This document shows, in pieces, positions 1 through 8,546 of a stretch of 46,977 nt of DNA. Source of the DNA: Acidimicrobiales bacterium (GTDB lineage: Bacteria; Actinomycetota; Acidimicrobiia; Acidimicrobiales; VFJN01); the NCBI GenBank assembly GCA_035708905.1, contig DASTFE010000225.1:1-46977 (forward strand). Reading direction: 5' to 3'. Made by a program: the position numbers and the translations under genes. A model generated the notes under the pieces. The model was not told the origin of the DNA. It was given only the letters and a program-made list of their open reading frames with translations, and did no database searches. How positions within the stretch are numbered: position 1 is the first letter of the stretch; every line of letters starts with the position of its first letter.

Positions 1-308
1 AGGCGCCTCCTCCGCCTGCGGAGGACCCGGCCCCGCCGTCCACCGGCGGCGGCTTCGGCGACCCGGGCGACTACGCCACGTGGGACGCGCTCGCCGATTG
101 CGAGTCCGGCGGCAACTGGTCGATCAACACCGGGAACGGCTACTACGGCGGCCTGCAGTTCTCGGCCGCCACCTGGCAGGCGGTCGGCGGCACCGGCCTG
201 CCCCACGAGCACTCGCGCGAGACGCAGATCCACTTCGGCCAGATCCTCCAGTCCCGCTCGGGCTGGGGCCAGTGGCCGCACTGCGCCGCCGAGCTGGGCC
301 TGATCTGA
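1..308 (+). CDS. Resuscitation-promoting factor (Rpf) domain protein, C-terminal fragment (5' end outside window)
   Basis: Frame-3 translation reads ...WDALADCESGGNWSINTGNGYYGGLQFSAATWQAVGG...GWGQWPHCAAELGLI*, the canonical Rpf transglycosylase-like domain (CESGGNW, GNGYYGGLQF, paired Cys). Stop TGA is at 306-308. Absent from the ORF track because no start lies in the window. Confidence 0.9.
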   Translation, partial: APPPPAEDPAPPSTGGGFGDPGDYATWDALADCESGGNWSINTGNGYYGGLQFSAATWQAVGGTGLPHEHSRETQIHFGQILQSRSGWGQWPHCAAELGLI

Positions 309-315
309 TCGCTGT

Positions 316-1155
316 TCAGTGCCGGGCGCGCGGCGCCCGGCACACGAACAGCCCGGTGTCCTTGCTCACCCGCAGGCAGCCACCGCCCGCGGCGAACCGG
401 GCCTGCACCGCCTCGACCACCCGGGCGTGCTGGGTGTCGTCCGCACCCTCGACCGGCGGGATCGACGCCAGGTAGTCGACCACGTCGTCGGGGTCGCGGC
501 AGTCGAGCCGGTCACGGTACGGGCGCCACTCGACCTCGCCGAACGACGCCGGCAGCACCTGCGCCCCCATCGACGCACCGAAGCTCGAGGCGAGGGCGTC
601 GGCCCAGGGCCCGCCGAACACCTCGCGGCGGATCTGGTGCAGCTCGGCCAGGTGCCCGTCACCGACGCAGGCCACGACGACCGTGCCGCCCGGACGCACC
701 ACGCGCGCCATCTCGGCCACGGCCCGCCGGGTGTCGGGCACGTGGTGCAGCACGTAGTTGGCCACCACGACGTCGAACGACGCGTCCCGGAAGGGCAGGT
801 CCTGCACGTCGGCCACGCGGCCGGTCGTGCGGCCGTAGCGACCCAGCGAGCCGACCCGCTCGACCGCCTCGTTGACCATGCCCTCCGACAGGTCGGTCAG
901 CGTCAGGTCGAGGTCGCAGGGCAGGCGGGCCGCCGCCTCGGCCCACATCCACCCGGCGCCGCAGCCCACCTCGAGCACCTGGGCCGTCCCCGGCCACGCC
1001 ACCTGGGTGGCGAGCCACGGGAACCAGGCGACCGAGGCGGTGCCGTACTTGACGTGGAGGCGGGCGCGCGCCGCCAGCCGCGAGCTGTCGCGGTACTGGA
1101 CGTCGCGCAGGTAGGCCCGGGCGCTCCCTGCGACGTGCTGGTCGCGTCCCCCCAT
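316..1155 (-). CDS. Class I SAM-dependent methyltransferase
   Basis: 279-aa ORF with SAM motif I VLEVGCGAGW and FDVVVANYVLHHVPD. GC3-rich coding frame. ATG at 1153-1155. Confidence 0.85.
   Translation of the reverse strand: MGGRDQHVAGSARAYLRDVQYRDSSRLAARARLHVKYGTASVAWFPWLATQVAWPGTAQVLEVGCGAGWMWAEAAARLPCDLDLTLTDLSEGMVNEAVERVGSLGRYGRTTGRVADVQDLPFRDASFDVVVANYVLHHVPDTRRAVAEMARVVRPGGTVVVACVGDGHLAELHQIRREVFGGPWADALASSFGASMGAQVLPASFGEVEWRPYRDRLDCRDPDDVVDYLASIPPVEGADDTQHARVVEAVQARFAAGGGCLRVSKDTGLFVCRAPRARH
319..343. terminator. GC-rich hairpin between convergent genes (possible bidirectional terminator)
   Basis: GTGCCGGGCGC-gcg-GCGCCCGGCAC is a perfect 11-bp stem. It lies between the rpf stop (306-308) and the methyltransferase stop (316-318) and overlaps the last codons of the latter. 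There is no U-tract, so function is uncertain. Confidence 0.35.
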
Positions 1156-1182
1156 TGGGCCGGACCGTAGCCTCTCGGCGCC

Positions 1183-2094
1183 TCAGTAACGCAGCCCGGG
1201 CGCCCGCGTGCCGAACACGTCGGTGTTGAGCACCGTGCCGAGCGTCGTCGCGTCCCAGCGCTTGCCCCCGTTGCCGACGGTCGGGCCGTCGGTCCATCCC
1301 CGCATCCACACGATGTTCTCGCCCACGGCCCGGATGACCTGCCCGGTGACGTGCTGGGCCTGGTCGGACGCGAGCCACGCCACCAGGGGCGACGAGACGG
1401 CCGGGTCCATCGGGTCGAACTCGTCCTCGGGCACCTCGTCGGGCTCGATGACGGGCGGGGCACCGGGCATGGTGGCGGTGATGCGGGTGGCACCGGCGGG
1501 ACCGACGGCGTTGACGGTGACGCCCATCCTGTACAGCTCGAGGCTGAGCGTCTGGGTCAGGCCCGCGATGGCGGCCTTGGCGGTGGCATAGCTGGTCTGC
1601 CCGAAGTTGCCGACGAGACCGGCGCCGGAGGTCGTGTTGATGATGCGACCCGTGAAGGTCTCTCCGGCCTTGGCCCGCTGGCGCCAGTGCCGGGCCGCCC
1701 AGTGCGACGGGCTCCACGAGCCCTTGACGTGGACGCGCAGCACGGCGTCGAAGTCGTCGGACGACATGTTCCAGATGGCGCCGTCGCGGACGATGCCCGC
1801 GTTGTTCACCAGGATGTCGAGCCGGCCCCAGGTCTCGACGGCCTGTGCGACCAGGCGCCCGGCGCCCTCGTGGTCGGCGACGTCCTCGTAGTTGGCGACA
1901 GCCACGCCGCCCCGCGACTCGATCAGCTCGACGGTGAGATCGGCGTCCTTGGAGGCGCCCTCGCCGGTGACCGTGCTGCCCAGGTCGTTGACGACCACCT
2001 TGGCACCCTGGCGGGCGAGCTCGAGCGCGTGACCGCGGCCGATGCCGTGCCCCGCCCCGGTGACGATCGCGATCTTGCCGTCGAGCAGCCCCAT
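1183..2094 (-). CDS. Short-chain dehydrogenase/reductase (SDR) with C-terminal extension
   Basis: 303 aa. Rossmann motif VTGAGHGIGRG, VNNAGIV, and catalytic YxxxK (SYATAKAA). SD GAGGAG lies 4-5 nt before the ATG at 2092-2094. A palindromic operator sits 20 nt upstream. Confidence 0.9.
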   Translation of the reverse strand: MGLLDGKIAIVTGAGHGIGRGHALELARQGAKVVVNDLGSTVTGEGASKDADLTVELIESRGGVAVANYEDVADHEGAGRLVAQAVETWGRLDILVNNAGIVRDGAIWNMSSDDFDAVLRVHVKGSWSPSHWAARHWRQRAKAGETFTGRIINTTSGAGLVGNFGQTSYATAKAAIAGLTQTLSLELYRMGVTVNAVGPAGATRITATMPGAPPVIEPDEVPEDEFDPMDPAVSSPLVAWLASDQAQHVTGQVIRAVGENIVWMRGWTDGPTVGNGGKRWDATTLGTVLNTDVFGTRAPGLRY

Positions 2095-2114
2095 GACTCT
2101 CCTCAGTCCTCGAG

Positions 2115-2133
2115 ATCTGACGTCGCGTCAGAT
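2115..2133. promoter_or_regulatory. Palindromic operator candidate, family ATCTGAC-N5-GTCAGAT (site A)
   Basis: ATCTGAC GTCGC GTCAGAT, with perfect 7-8 bp arms. On the minus strand it is preceded by and overlaps a -10-like TAGAAT (CCGTAGAATCTGAC...), upstream of the SDR gene 1183-2094. Confidence 0.65.
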
Positions 2134-2176
2134 TCTACGGGGCCGCAGGTGGGGGCCACGAATCCGCGCCGGGGGA

Positions 2177-2635
2177 TCAGAAGCCCTCGACCGCGGCCAC
2201 CACCTCGGCGGCGACCTCGACCTCGGTGCGTTCGAGGGCGATCGACACCACCCGGATCACGGCCAGCGTCGTGAGCCAGGCGCCGAACAACGCCCGCTCG
2301 GGGCCCAGCTCGGCGACCACGCCCTCGACCGGCGGGCGCACGCCCCCGGCGGTCGCCGCCGCCAGCGTGAGCATGCGGGCCAGGATGTCGATGTTGTCGG
2401 CGGGCACCGCCCCGTCGAGCGCCAGGCGGTCGAGCAGCTCGACCTGGTCGAAGGCCTCGTCGGTCTCGGCCACCATCCGCCGCAGCGCCACCGCCGCGCT
2501 GTCGAGCAGGCCCCCGGTCAACTCGTCGGCGCCGAGGTCGGCGACCGCGTTGCGCAGCACGAGCGCCGCCTGCGCCGGCTCGTGCTCGATCACCTGCGTC
2601 TCGATGGCCTCGCGGAGCGCGTCGGGGAGATCCAT
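2177..2635 (-). CDS. Hypothetical protein (acidic, Ala/Leu-rich, helical)
   Basis: 152-aa ORF with genome-typical GC3 and non-repetitive composition (MDLPDALREAIETQVIEHEP...). I recognise no motif. Confidence 0.6.
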   Translation of the reverse strand: MDLPDALREAIETQVIEHEPAQAALVLRNAVADLGADELTGGLLDSAAVALRRMVAETDEAFDQVELLDRLALDGAVPADNIDILARMLTLAAATAGGVRPPVEGVVAELGPERALFGAWLTTLAVIRVVSIALERTEVEVAAEVVAAVEGF

Positions 2636-2661
2636 GGCCGCGCAGCCTAGGTTGAACGGGC

Positions 2662-3135
2662 GTGCCGGTCCGCGAGCCCGTCGTCGTCACCTTCCACGAG
2701 CAGCACCGCGCGCCGGTCGTGGCCCGCATGGTGGCCATGACCGAGGCCCGCGCCGGCTGGATCAACCTCTCGCCCGGGCTCGACGTCGACGTGCCGCCAC
2801 CCCGGTCGGCCCTGGCCTCGCTGTTCTCGGGCCGGGGGCCGGCGGTGCCGCTGGGCACGTGGTACCCGGCACGGCGCCGCGATCCCACGATGGTGGGCAT
2901 CGAGCACGGTCAGGGGCCGGGTGCGCTCGACCTGCTGGCCGACCGGGGCCTGCCGTTGCCCGACGGCTGGCGCCGGCTGCAGGACCACGCCAAGCGCGGC
3001 CTCGTGCTCGTCCCCTCCCCCGCCGCCGGGCCCGCCGAGCTCGACGCCGTGCTCGACTGGTTGCTGCGAGCGGCCGGTGCCCTGTGCCCCGTGCCCCGCA
3101 CGGGCGAGTGGCGGGCCTACTGCTACGAGCCCTGA
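2662..3135 (+). CDS. Hypothetical protein
   Basis: 157-aa ORF with a GTG start, coding-like composition (...GWINLSPGLDVDVPPP...GEWRAYCYEP). Its 3' end overlaps the convergent acyl-CoA synthetase by 13 nt. The start is uncertain; internal Met codons are possible. Confidence 0.5.
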   Translation: MPVREPVVVTFHEQHRAPVVARMVAMTEARAGWINLSPGLDVDVPPPRSALASLFSGRGPAVPLGTWYPARRRDPTMVGIEHGQGPGALDLLADRGLPLPDGWRRLQDHAKRGLVLVPSPAAGPAELDAVLDWLLRAAGALCPVPRTGEWRAYCYEP

Positions 3136-4736
3136 GCGGCCTTCTCGGCCACGTCGCGGGCCCAGCGGTAGTCGGCCTTGCCCGAGGGCGACCGGACGAC
3201 GGCGTCGACCAGCACCAGCCGCTTGGGCGCCTTGTAGCCGGCCAGCGTGGCCTTGCAGTGCGCGGCGAGGTCGTCCAGCGTCGGGGCGGTGCCGGGCACC
3301 GGCTGCACCACGGCGGCCACGGCCTGGCCCCACCGGTCGTCGGGCACGCCCACCACCAGGCAGTCGTAGACGGCCGGGTGGCCCTTGAGCGTGCCCTCGA
3401 CCTCCTCCGGGAACACCTTCTCGCCCCCGGTGTTGATGCTGACCGAGCCCCGGCCGAGCAGCTCGATCGCCCCGTCGGCCCCGACCGAGGCCATGTCGCC
3501 CGTCACCAGCCACCGCTCGCCGCCGCGCTCGACGAAGGTGGCAGCGGTGGCGACCGGGTCGTTGTAGTAGCCCAGCGGCAGGTGTCCGCCGGCCAGCACC
3601 TGGCCCACCACGCCCGAGCCGGGCTCGACCTCGTCGCCGTCGAGGTCGACGACGATCGTGGGCTTGGTGGGCTGGTCGAAGCGCACCAGGCTCGCCCCGG
3701 CCGGCCGCTCGCCCGCCGCCACCCGCATCGCCCCCTGCGCGCCCGCCTCGGACGAACCGAAGCCGTCGGTCACCATCACGTGCGGCAGCGAGGCGAAGAT
3801 CCGCTCGCGGGTGCTGGCGGCCATGGGCGCGCCGCCGTTGGACACCGAGAACAGCGACGACGCGTCGTGGCCGCGCCCCTCGGCGGCCGCCGCATCCCAG
3901 GCGTCGAGCAGCGGCCGGGCCACGGCGTCACCCACCACGGTCAGCATGTTCACCTTCTCGGCCGCCACGGTGCGCCACACGGCGTCGGGGTCGAGCGAGC
4001 CGGGCATCAGCACGACCTTGCTGCCGGCGAAGAGCCACGAGAGGGTGGTCCACTGGGCGGCGGCGTGCATCATCGGCGCCAGCGGCAGGTAGCAGAGGGG
4101 TTGGTCGAGGATGCGGGCCGGCAGCTCGTCGGGACGCTCGACCGGGCCCTGCATGCGCATCGGGTCGCCGCCGCCGATGCAGGCGTAGAAGGCGTCGACG
4201 TGGCGCCACACGACGCCCTTGGGCAGCCCCGTGGTGCCACCCGTGTAGATGATGTAGTGGTCGTCGTCGCCCCGGCCGTCGACGACCGGGCGGTCTGCCG
4301 GGGCGGCGGCCAGCACCGCGTCGAGCTCGTCGCCGGTCACCAGGGTGAAGCGCAGGCCGGGCAGCTCGGCCGCCACCGCGGCCACGGTGTCGCGCAGCGA
4401 CGGCTGCGTGATCACCGCCACCGCGTCGCTGTTGTCGAGCAGGTGGTCCAGCTCGTCGGCGACGTAGCGGTGGTTGACGTTGATGGTGACGGCGCGCAGC
4501 TTCCAGGCCGCCAGCATGGCCTCGACGTACTCGGCGCAGTTCTCGAGGTAGAGGGCGACGTGGTCGCCCGGCCCGATGCCCCGGCCGGCCAGGTGGTGCG
4601 CCAGCCGGTTGGCCCGCTCCTCGAGCTGCGCGTAGCTGCGCCGCTGGTCGCCCACGACCAGCGCCTCGCGCTCGGGCACCGCGTCGGCCGCCATCTCCCA
4701 CACGTCGGCCATGTTGAACGTGCGGGGCACGGTCAT
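3123..4736 (-). CDS. Acyl-CoA synthetase / AMP-dependent ligase (FadD-like)
   Basis: Starts MTVPRTFNMADVWE. AMP-binding motifs IIYTGGTTGLPKGV, TGDMASV, GGEKVFPEEVE, and the C-terminal PSGKADY lysine. Its ATG (4734-4736) overlaps the upstream LLM stop (ATGA). The 868-aa track ORF is this gene plus out-of-frame read-through. Confidence 0.92.
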   Translation of the reverse strand: MTVPRTFNMADVWEMAADAVPEREALVVGDQRRSYAQLEERANRLAHHLAGRGIGPGDHVALYLENCAEYVEAMLAAWKLRAVTINVNHRYVADELDHLLDNSDAVAVITQPSLRDTVAAVAAELPGLRFTLVTGDELDAVLAAAPADRPVVDGRGDDDHYIIYTGGTTGLPKGVVWRHVDAFYACIGGGDPMRMQGPVERPDELPARILDQPLCYLPLAPMMHAAAQWTTLSWLFAGSKVVLMPGSLDPDAVWRTVAAEKVNMLTVVGDAVARPLLDAWDAAAAEGRGHDASSLFSVSNGGAPMAASTRERIFASLPHVMVTDGFGSSEAGAQGAMRVAAGERPAGASLVRFDQPTKPTIVVDLDGDEVEPGSGVVGQVLAGGHLPLGYYNDPVATAATFVERGGERWLVTGDMASVGADGAIELLGRGSVSINTGGEKVFPEEVEGTLKGHPAVYDCLVVGVPDDRWGQAVAAVVQPVPGTAPTLDDLAAHCKATLAGYKAPKRLVLVDAVVRSPSGKADYRWARDVAEKAAQGS

Positions 4737-5863
4737 GGCCGCTGCGCCGCCGCCTCGCGTCGGTAACGGGTGGTCGAGTGCTCGGGGTCGGTGTCGAACT
4801 GGGGGATCACCTCGCGGCCGAACAGCTCCATCGACCCGACGACGACCTCGGTGGCCAGCGTGTTGGTGGTGGGGCTGAACGTGAGCTGGTCGAACCCCAT
4901 GTCGACCCAGCGCTGCACCGACCGGGCGCAGTCGTCGGGGTCGCCGACCGCGATGTAGCCCTCGGCCGAGAGCTGCTCGACCTGCTCGGGGGTGGGCTCG
5001 GGGATCTTCTCGGGCCACGGGGGCAGGTGCTTGGGGCGGGGCACGTTGTCGAGCCAGTGATAGGCGAGCGACGAGTAGTAGTTCATGCCCATGTTGGCCG
5101 CGGTCTCGAACGCCTTGGCGCGGTCCTCCATGCACAGCATGTTGGTCACGCCCATGATGTTGTCGTTGACGTAGTCGCCCACCGGCGTCGCATCGCGGAT
5201 GGCGGTCTTGTAGGACTTGACGAACGGCTCCATGTCGCTGGGCCGGCCGATGGCGAAGCAGAAGACGCCGAGGCCCATCTCGCCGGCCTCGGTGAAGGTG
5301 CCCGGGCTGCCGCCCGCCACCCACATGGCCGGGTGCAGCGGCCCGTGCGGCTTGGGGAACACCTTGCGCTCGGGCATGCGGAAGAACTCGCCGTCGTAGC
5401 TGTAGGGCGCGTCCTTCCACATCTTCGGGATCTCGCGGATCGTCTCGCGCCACATCGCCTTGGTGATGTCGACGCTCGGGATGTCGAAGCCGAGCACCTC
5501 GGTGCTCGACGAGCCGCGCCCGGTGCCGAACTCGAACCGGTTGTTCGTCAGGTGGTCGAGCAGGGCCACGTTCTCGGCCACGCGCTGGGGCTTGTTGACC
5601 GGCGGCGTGATGTTGAAGATGGCCGAGCCCAGGTGCACCCGCTCGGTCTGGCCGGCGCAGTAGCCGAGGAAGGCCTCGGGACCGGGCATGTGGCTGTACT
5701 CGTCGAGGAAGTGGTGCTGGGGGCACCACACGTACTTGAAGGCGTTGCGGTCCGCGGCCTTGGCGATCTCGACGTTGCGGAAGATCCGCTTGTGCTCCGC
5801 GTCGGGGTCCTGATCGCGCTCGAAGCGCGGGACGAAAAGCTGGGCGAAGACGCCGAACTCCAT
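4733..5863 (-). CDS. LLM-class (luciferase-like) flavin/F420-dependent oxidoreductase
   Basis: Starts MEFGVFAQLFVPRFERDQD..., preceded by SD AAGGAG. Luciferase-like TIM-barrel signature stretches (NRFEFGTGRGSS, HPAMWVAGGSP). 376 aa. Confidence 0.9.
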   Translation of the reverse strand: MEFGVFAQLFVPRFERDQDPDAEHKRIFRNVEIAKAADRNAFKYVWCPQHHFLDEYSHMPGPEAFLGYCAGQTERVHLGSAIFNITPPVNKPQRVAENVALLDHLTNNRFEFGTGRGSSSTEVLGFDIPSVDITKAMWRETIREIPKMWKDAPYSYDGEFFRMPERKVFPKPHGPLHPAMWVAGGSPGTFTEAGEMGLGVFCFAIGRPSDMEPFVKSYKTAIRDATPVGDYVNDNIMGVTNMLCMEDRAKAFETAANMGMNYYSSLAYHWLDNVPRPKHLPPWPEKIPEPTPEQVEQLSAEGYIAVGDPDDCARSVQRWVDMGFDQLTFSPTTNTLATEVVVGSMELFGREVIPQFDTDPEHSTTRYRREAAAQRP

Positions 5864-5880
5864 GGGAGGTTCTCCTTGGC

Positions 5881-6957
5881 TCAGGATCCGGGCACCGCGA
5901 GCACGCCGCGGTTGAGCTTGCCGTGGTGCAGGTCGTCGAGGGCGCGGGTGATCTGGTCGAGCGGGTAGACCTGGCTGACCATCTCGTCGAGCAGCAGGCG
6001 CCCGTCCTTGTAGAAGCTCACGAGCAGCGGGATGTCGTGGTGCGGGCGGGTGGCGCCGTAGCGGCAGCCCAGGATCGACTTGTCGTTGTAGAGGTCGTTG
6101 ACCACGAAGCTGGCCTCGGTGCCCAGCTTGGGCACGCCCAGCAGCGTGAGCGTGCCGCCCCAGTCGAGCAGCGCGACGCCCTGGCGGATGAGCGCCGGAT
6201 GGCCCACGCACTCGAACACGTGGTCGACGCCACCGGGCAGGCCCCGGTCCTTGACCGCGGCCACGGTGTCGTCCACCGCGCCGGCGTCGACGAAGTCGGT
6301 CGCGCCGAACTGCCGGGCGACCGCCTCCTTGGCCGGGTTGGCGTCGATGGCGACGATGCGCCCGGCAGCGGCGATGCGGGCCGCCTGGATGGCCGACTGG
6401 CCGATGCCGCCCGCGCCGATGACCGCCACCGTCTGGCCGGGCTGCACTTTCGCCCGGTTGAGCACCGCGCCGGCGCCCGTGACCACCGCGCAGCCGATCA
6501 GGCAGGCGGAGCTGAGCGGCACCTCGGGATCGATCACCACGGCCTGCGTCTCGGCGACCACCACCTGCTCGGTGAACACCCCGGTGTTGGCGAAGCTGAA
6601 CGCCTTGTCGCCGCCGACGGTGAAGGGCCGACCGAGCCGGCCCATGGTGTCGCGGCAGTGGGTCGGCTGGCCCCGGTCGCAGGCGTCGCAGCGACCGCAG
6701 TTCCCCAGCGTCGTCAGCACCACGTGGTCGCCGACGGCCACCTTGGTGACCGCCGAGCCCACCTGCTCGACCACGCCCGCGCCCTCGTGGCCCAGCACCA
6801 CCGGCGTCGGGAACGGGATGGTGCCGTCGATAACCGACACGTCGCTGTGGCAGAGCCCGGCGTTGACGATGCGCACCCGCACCTCATGGGGGTGCGGGTC
6901 GCGCACGGCGACGTCGTCGCGCACCTCCAGCTCCCCCGTCCAGACAATCGCTCTCAT
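5881..6957 (-). CDS. Zinc-dependent alcohol dehydrogenase (MDR family)
   Basis: Starts MRAIVWTGE.... GLCHSD and GHEGAGVV (catalytic Zn), GNCGRCDACDRG (structural Zn), VIGAGGIGQ (NAD fold). 358 aa. Confidence 0.92.
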   Translation of the reverse strand: MRAIVWTGELEVRDDVAVRDPHPHEVRVRIVNAGLCHSDVSVIDGTIPFPTPVVLGHEGAGVVEQVGSAVTKVAVGDHVVLTTLGNCGRCDACDRGQPTHCRDTMGRLGRPFTVGGDKAFSFANTGVFTEQVVVAETQAVVIDPEVPLSSACLIGCAVVTGAGAVLNRAKVQPGQTVAVIGAGGIGQSAIQAARIAAAGRIVAIDANPAKEAVARQFGATDFVDAGAVDDTVAAVKDRGLPGGVDHVFECVGHPALIRQGVALLDWGGTLTLLGVPKLGTEASFVVNDLYNDKSILGCRYGATRPHHDIPLLVSFYKDGRLLLDEMVSQVYPLDQITRALDDLHHGKLNRGVLAVPGS

Positions 6958-6967
6958 CGTCTTTCCC

Positions 6968-8431
6968 TCATCCCGGCCAGACGAGCGACTGGAGCTCGCT
7001 GTAGGCGTGCATGGCGAAGCTGCCGCGGTCGCGGCCGACGCCCGAGAGCTTGAAGCCGCCGAACGGCGCCTCGGGGCTCTGCTGGGCGGTGTTGATGGCG
7101 ACGCTGCCCGAGCGCAGCTGGCGGGCGACCCGCATGCCGCGCGCGGTGTCGCCGGTGAACACGTAGTCGTTGAGGCCGAAGTCGGTGCCGTTGGCCAGCG
7201 CCACGCCCTCCTCCTCGTCGTCGAAGGCCAGCACGACGACCACGGGACCGAAGATCTCCTGCTGCACCACCGACATGCCGGGCTTGCAGTCGACCAGCAG
7301 GGTGGGAGCCACGTAGAAGCCGGCGTCCATCTCGGGGCGCTCGCCCCCCGCCAGCAGCGTGGCGCCCTCGTCGACACCGGTCCGCACGTGGGCCTCGATG
7401 CGGTCGCGCTGGGCGGCCGAGATCACGGGGCCCACCACCGTGTCGGGGGCCAGTGGGTCGCCCACCACCAGGCGACCCGCCGCGGCCTGCAGGCCGGCCA
7501 CGAGCTGGTCGTGGATGCCGCGCTGGACGACGACCCGGGTGGGCGCCGTGCAGATCTGCCCCGAGTGGAAGGCCCACACGCTCGAGATCGCGCCGACGGC
7601 GGTGCGCAGGTCGGCGTCGTCGAACACCACCGCGGCACCCTTGCCGCCCAGCTCGAGCAGCAGCCGCTTCATGTCGCGGCCCGCGATCTCGCCGATGCGC
7701 TGCCCCACGGCCGTCGAGCCGGTGAAGCTGACCATGTCGACGTGCGGCGAGGCGACGAGCGCCTCGCCCGCCTCGGCGCCGCTGCCGGTCACCACGTTGA
7801 CCACGCCCGGCGGGAACCCGGCCTCGACCACCGCATCGGCGAAGCGCAGGACGGCGAGCGGGTCCTGGGGTGCGGGCTTGACCACCACCGTGTTGCCCAT
7901 GGCCAGGGCGGGCCCGACCTTGCCGGCCATGTTGACCAGCGGGAAGTTGTAGGGCGTGATGCAGGCGACCACCCCGACCGGGCGCCGCTCGACCACGGTG
8001 CCCAGCAGGCCCCCGGGGGCGAGCGCCGTGGCCGGCATCTCGGTCGGGGGCAGCGCGATGGCCATGGGCTCGGCGGCGCCCCGGGCGTAGCGGCGGAGGC
8101 GGTCGACCGTCTGGGGCACCTGCATGGTCTGCGCCACCCGCAGGGTGGCGCCCGTCTCGGCCTGCACGAGCGGCACCAGGTCGTCGGCCTGGCGGGCCAG
8201 GATGTCGGCCAGCCGGTCGAGCAGCTCGCCGCGGTGCCGGGGCGTCGTGCGGCTCCAGTCGCCGAAGGCGCCGGCCGCCGCCCGGGTGGCCTGCTCGACC
8301 TGCTCGACCGACACCTCGGGCGCCCGGCCGACCACGGCCTCGGTCGCCGGGTTGACGATGTCGTAGGCGCCCCGAGCGCCGGCTGAACGGTCGCCCCCCA
8401 CGAGCACGAGATGGTCGTCGCTCACGGCCAC
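6968..8431 (-). CDS. NAD(P)-dependent aldehyde dehydrogenase
   Basis: ...LVGGDRSAGARGAYDIVNPATEAVVG..., ELGGKG, FHSGQICTAPTR (catalytic Cys), PFGGFKLSGVGRD. GTG start at 8431. The second GTG at 8425 fits a leaderless TAGTCT-N7-GTG layout better. The 659-aa track ORF overextends across the operator. Confidence 0.88.
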   Translation of the reverse strand: MAVSDDHLVLVGGDRSAGARGAYDIVNPATEAVVGRAPEVSVEQVEQATRAAAGAFGDWSRTTPRHRGELLDRLADILARQADDLVPLVQAETGATLRVAQTMQVPQTVDRLRRYARGAAEPMAIALPPTEMPATALAPGGLLGTVVERRPVGVVACITPYNFPLVNMAGKVGPALAMGNTVVVKPAPQDPLAVLRFADAVVEAGFPPGVVNVVTGSGAEAGEALVASPHVDMVSFTGSTAVGQRIGEIAGRDMKRLLLELGGKGAAVVFDDADLRTAVGAISSVWAFHSGQICTAPTRVVVQRGIHDQLVAGLQAAAGRLVVGDPLAPDTVVGPVISAAQRDRIEAHVRTGVDEGATLLAGGERPEMDAGFYVAPTLLVDCKPGMSVVQQEIFGPVVVVLAFDDEEEGVALANGTDFGLNDYVFTGDTARGMRVARQLRSGSVAINTAQQSPEAPFGGFKLSGVGRDRGSFAMHAYSELQSLVWPG

Positions 8432-8434
8432 GAG

Positions 8435-8452
8435 ACTAGAACGTGTTCTAGT
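8435..8452. promoter_or_regulatory. KstR-type operator box
   Basis: ACTAGAAC GT GTTCTAGT has perfect 8-bp arms. The core TAGAACGTGTTCTA fits the published KstR consensus TnnAACnnGTTnnA. It overlaps a -10-like TAGTCT of the ALDH operon and lies in the divergent region shared with the GT1 gene. Confidence 0.7.
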
Positions 8453-8546
8453 TACCGGCAAGCCGACCGTCGCCCGACCCTCGCCTGTCGTCCGGCCGCC
8501 GCACCCGCGTCGCCCGACGGGTCGCCCGACCGGCGACACTGGGACC

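Noticed and set aside
2226-4766. 846-aa ORF on the plus strand. Similar very long ORFs occur at 8448-11006 (-), 39487-42285 (-), 6098-8386 (+), 16012-18117 (+, upstream part) and 43774-45774 (-).
   Set aside because: These are Arg/Pro/Gly/Ala-rich low-complexity translations with no motifs. They lie antisense or out of frame to genes with clear family signatures. Such stop-free frames are an expected artefact at >70% GC.
3123-5729. 868-aa ORF read as one giant acyl-CoA synthetase
   Set aside because: Only the C-terminal 537 aa (from MTVPRTFNMADV, ATG 4736) are ligase-like. The upstream part is an alternative frame of the LLM gene, whose own frame has an SD and family motifs.
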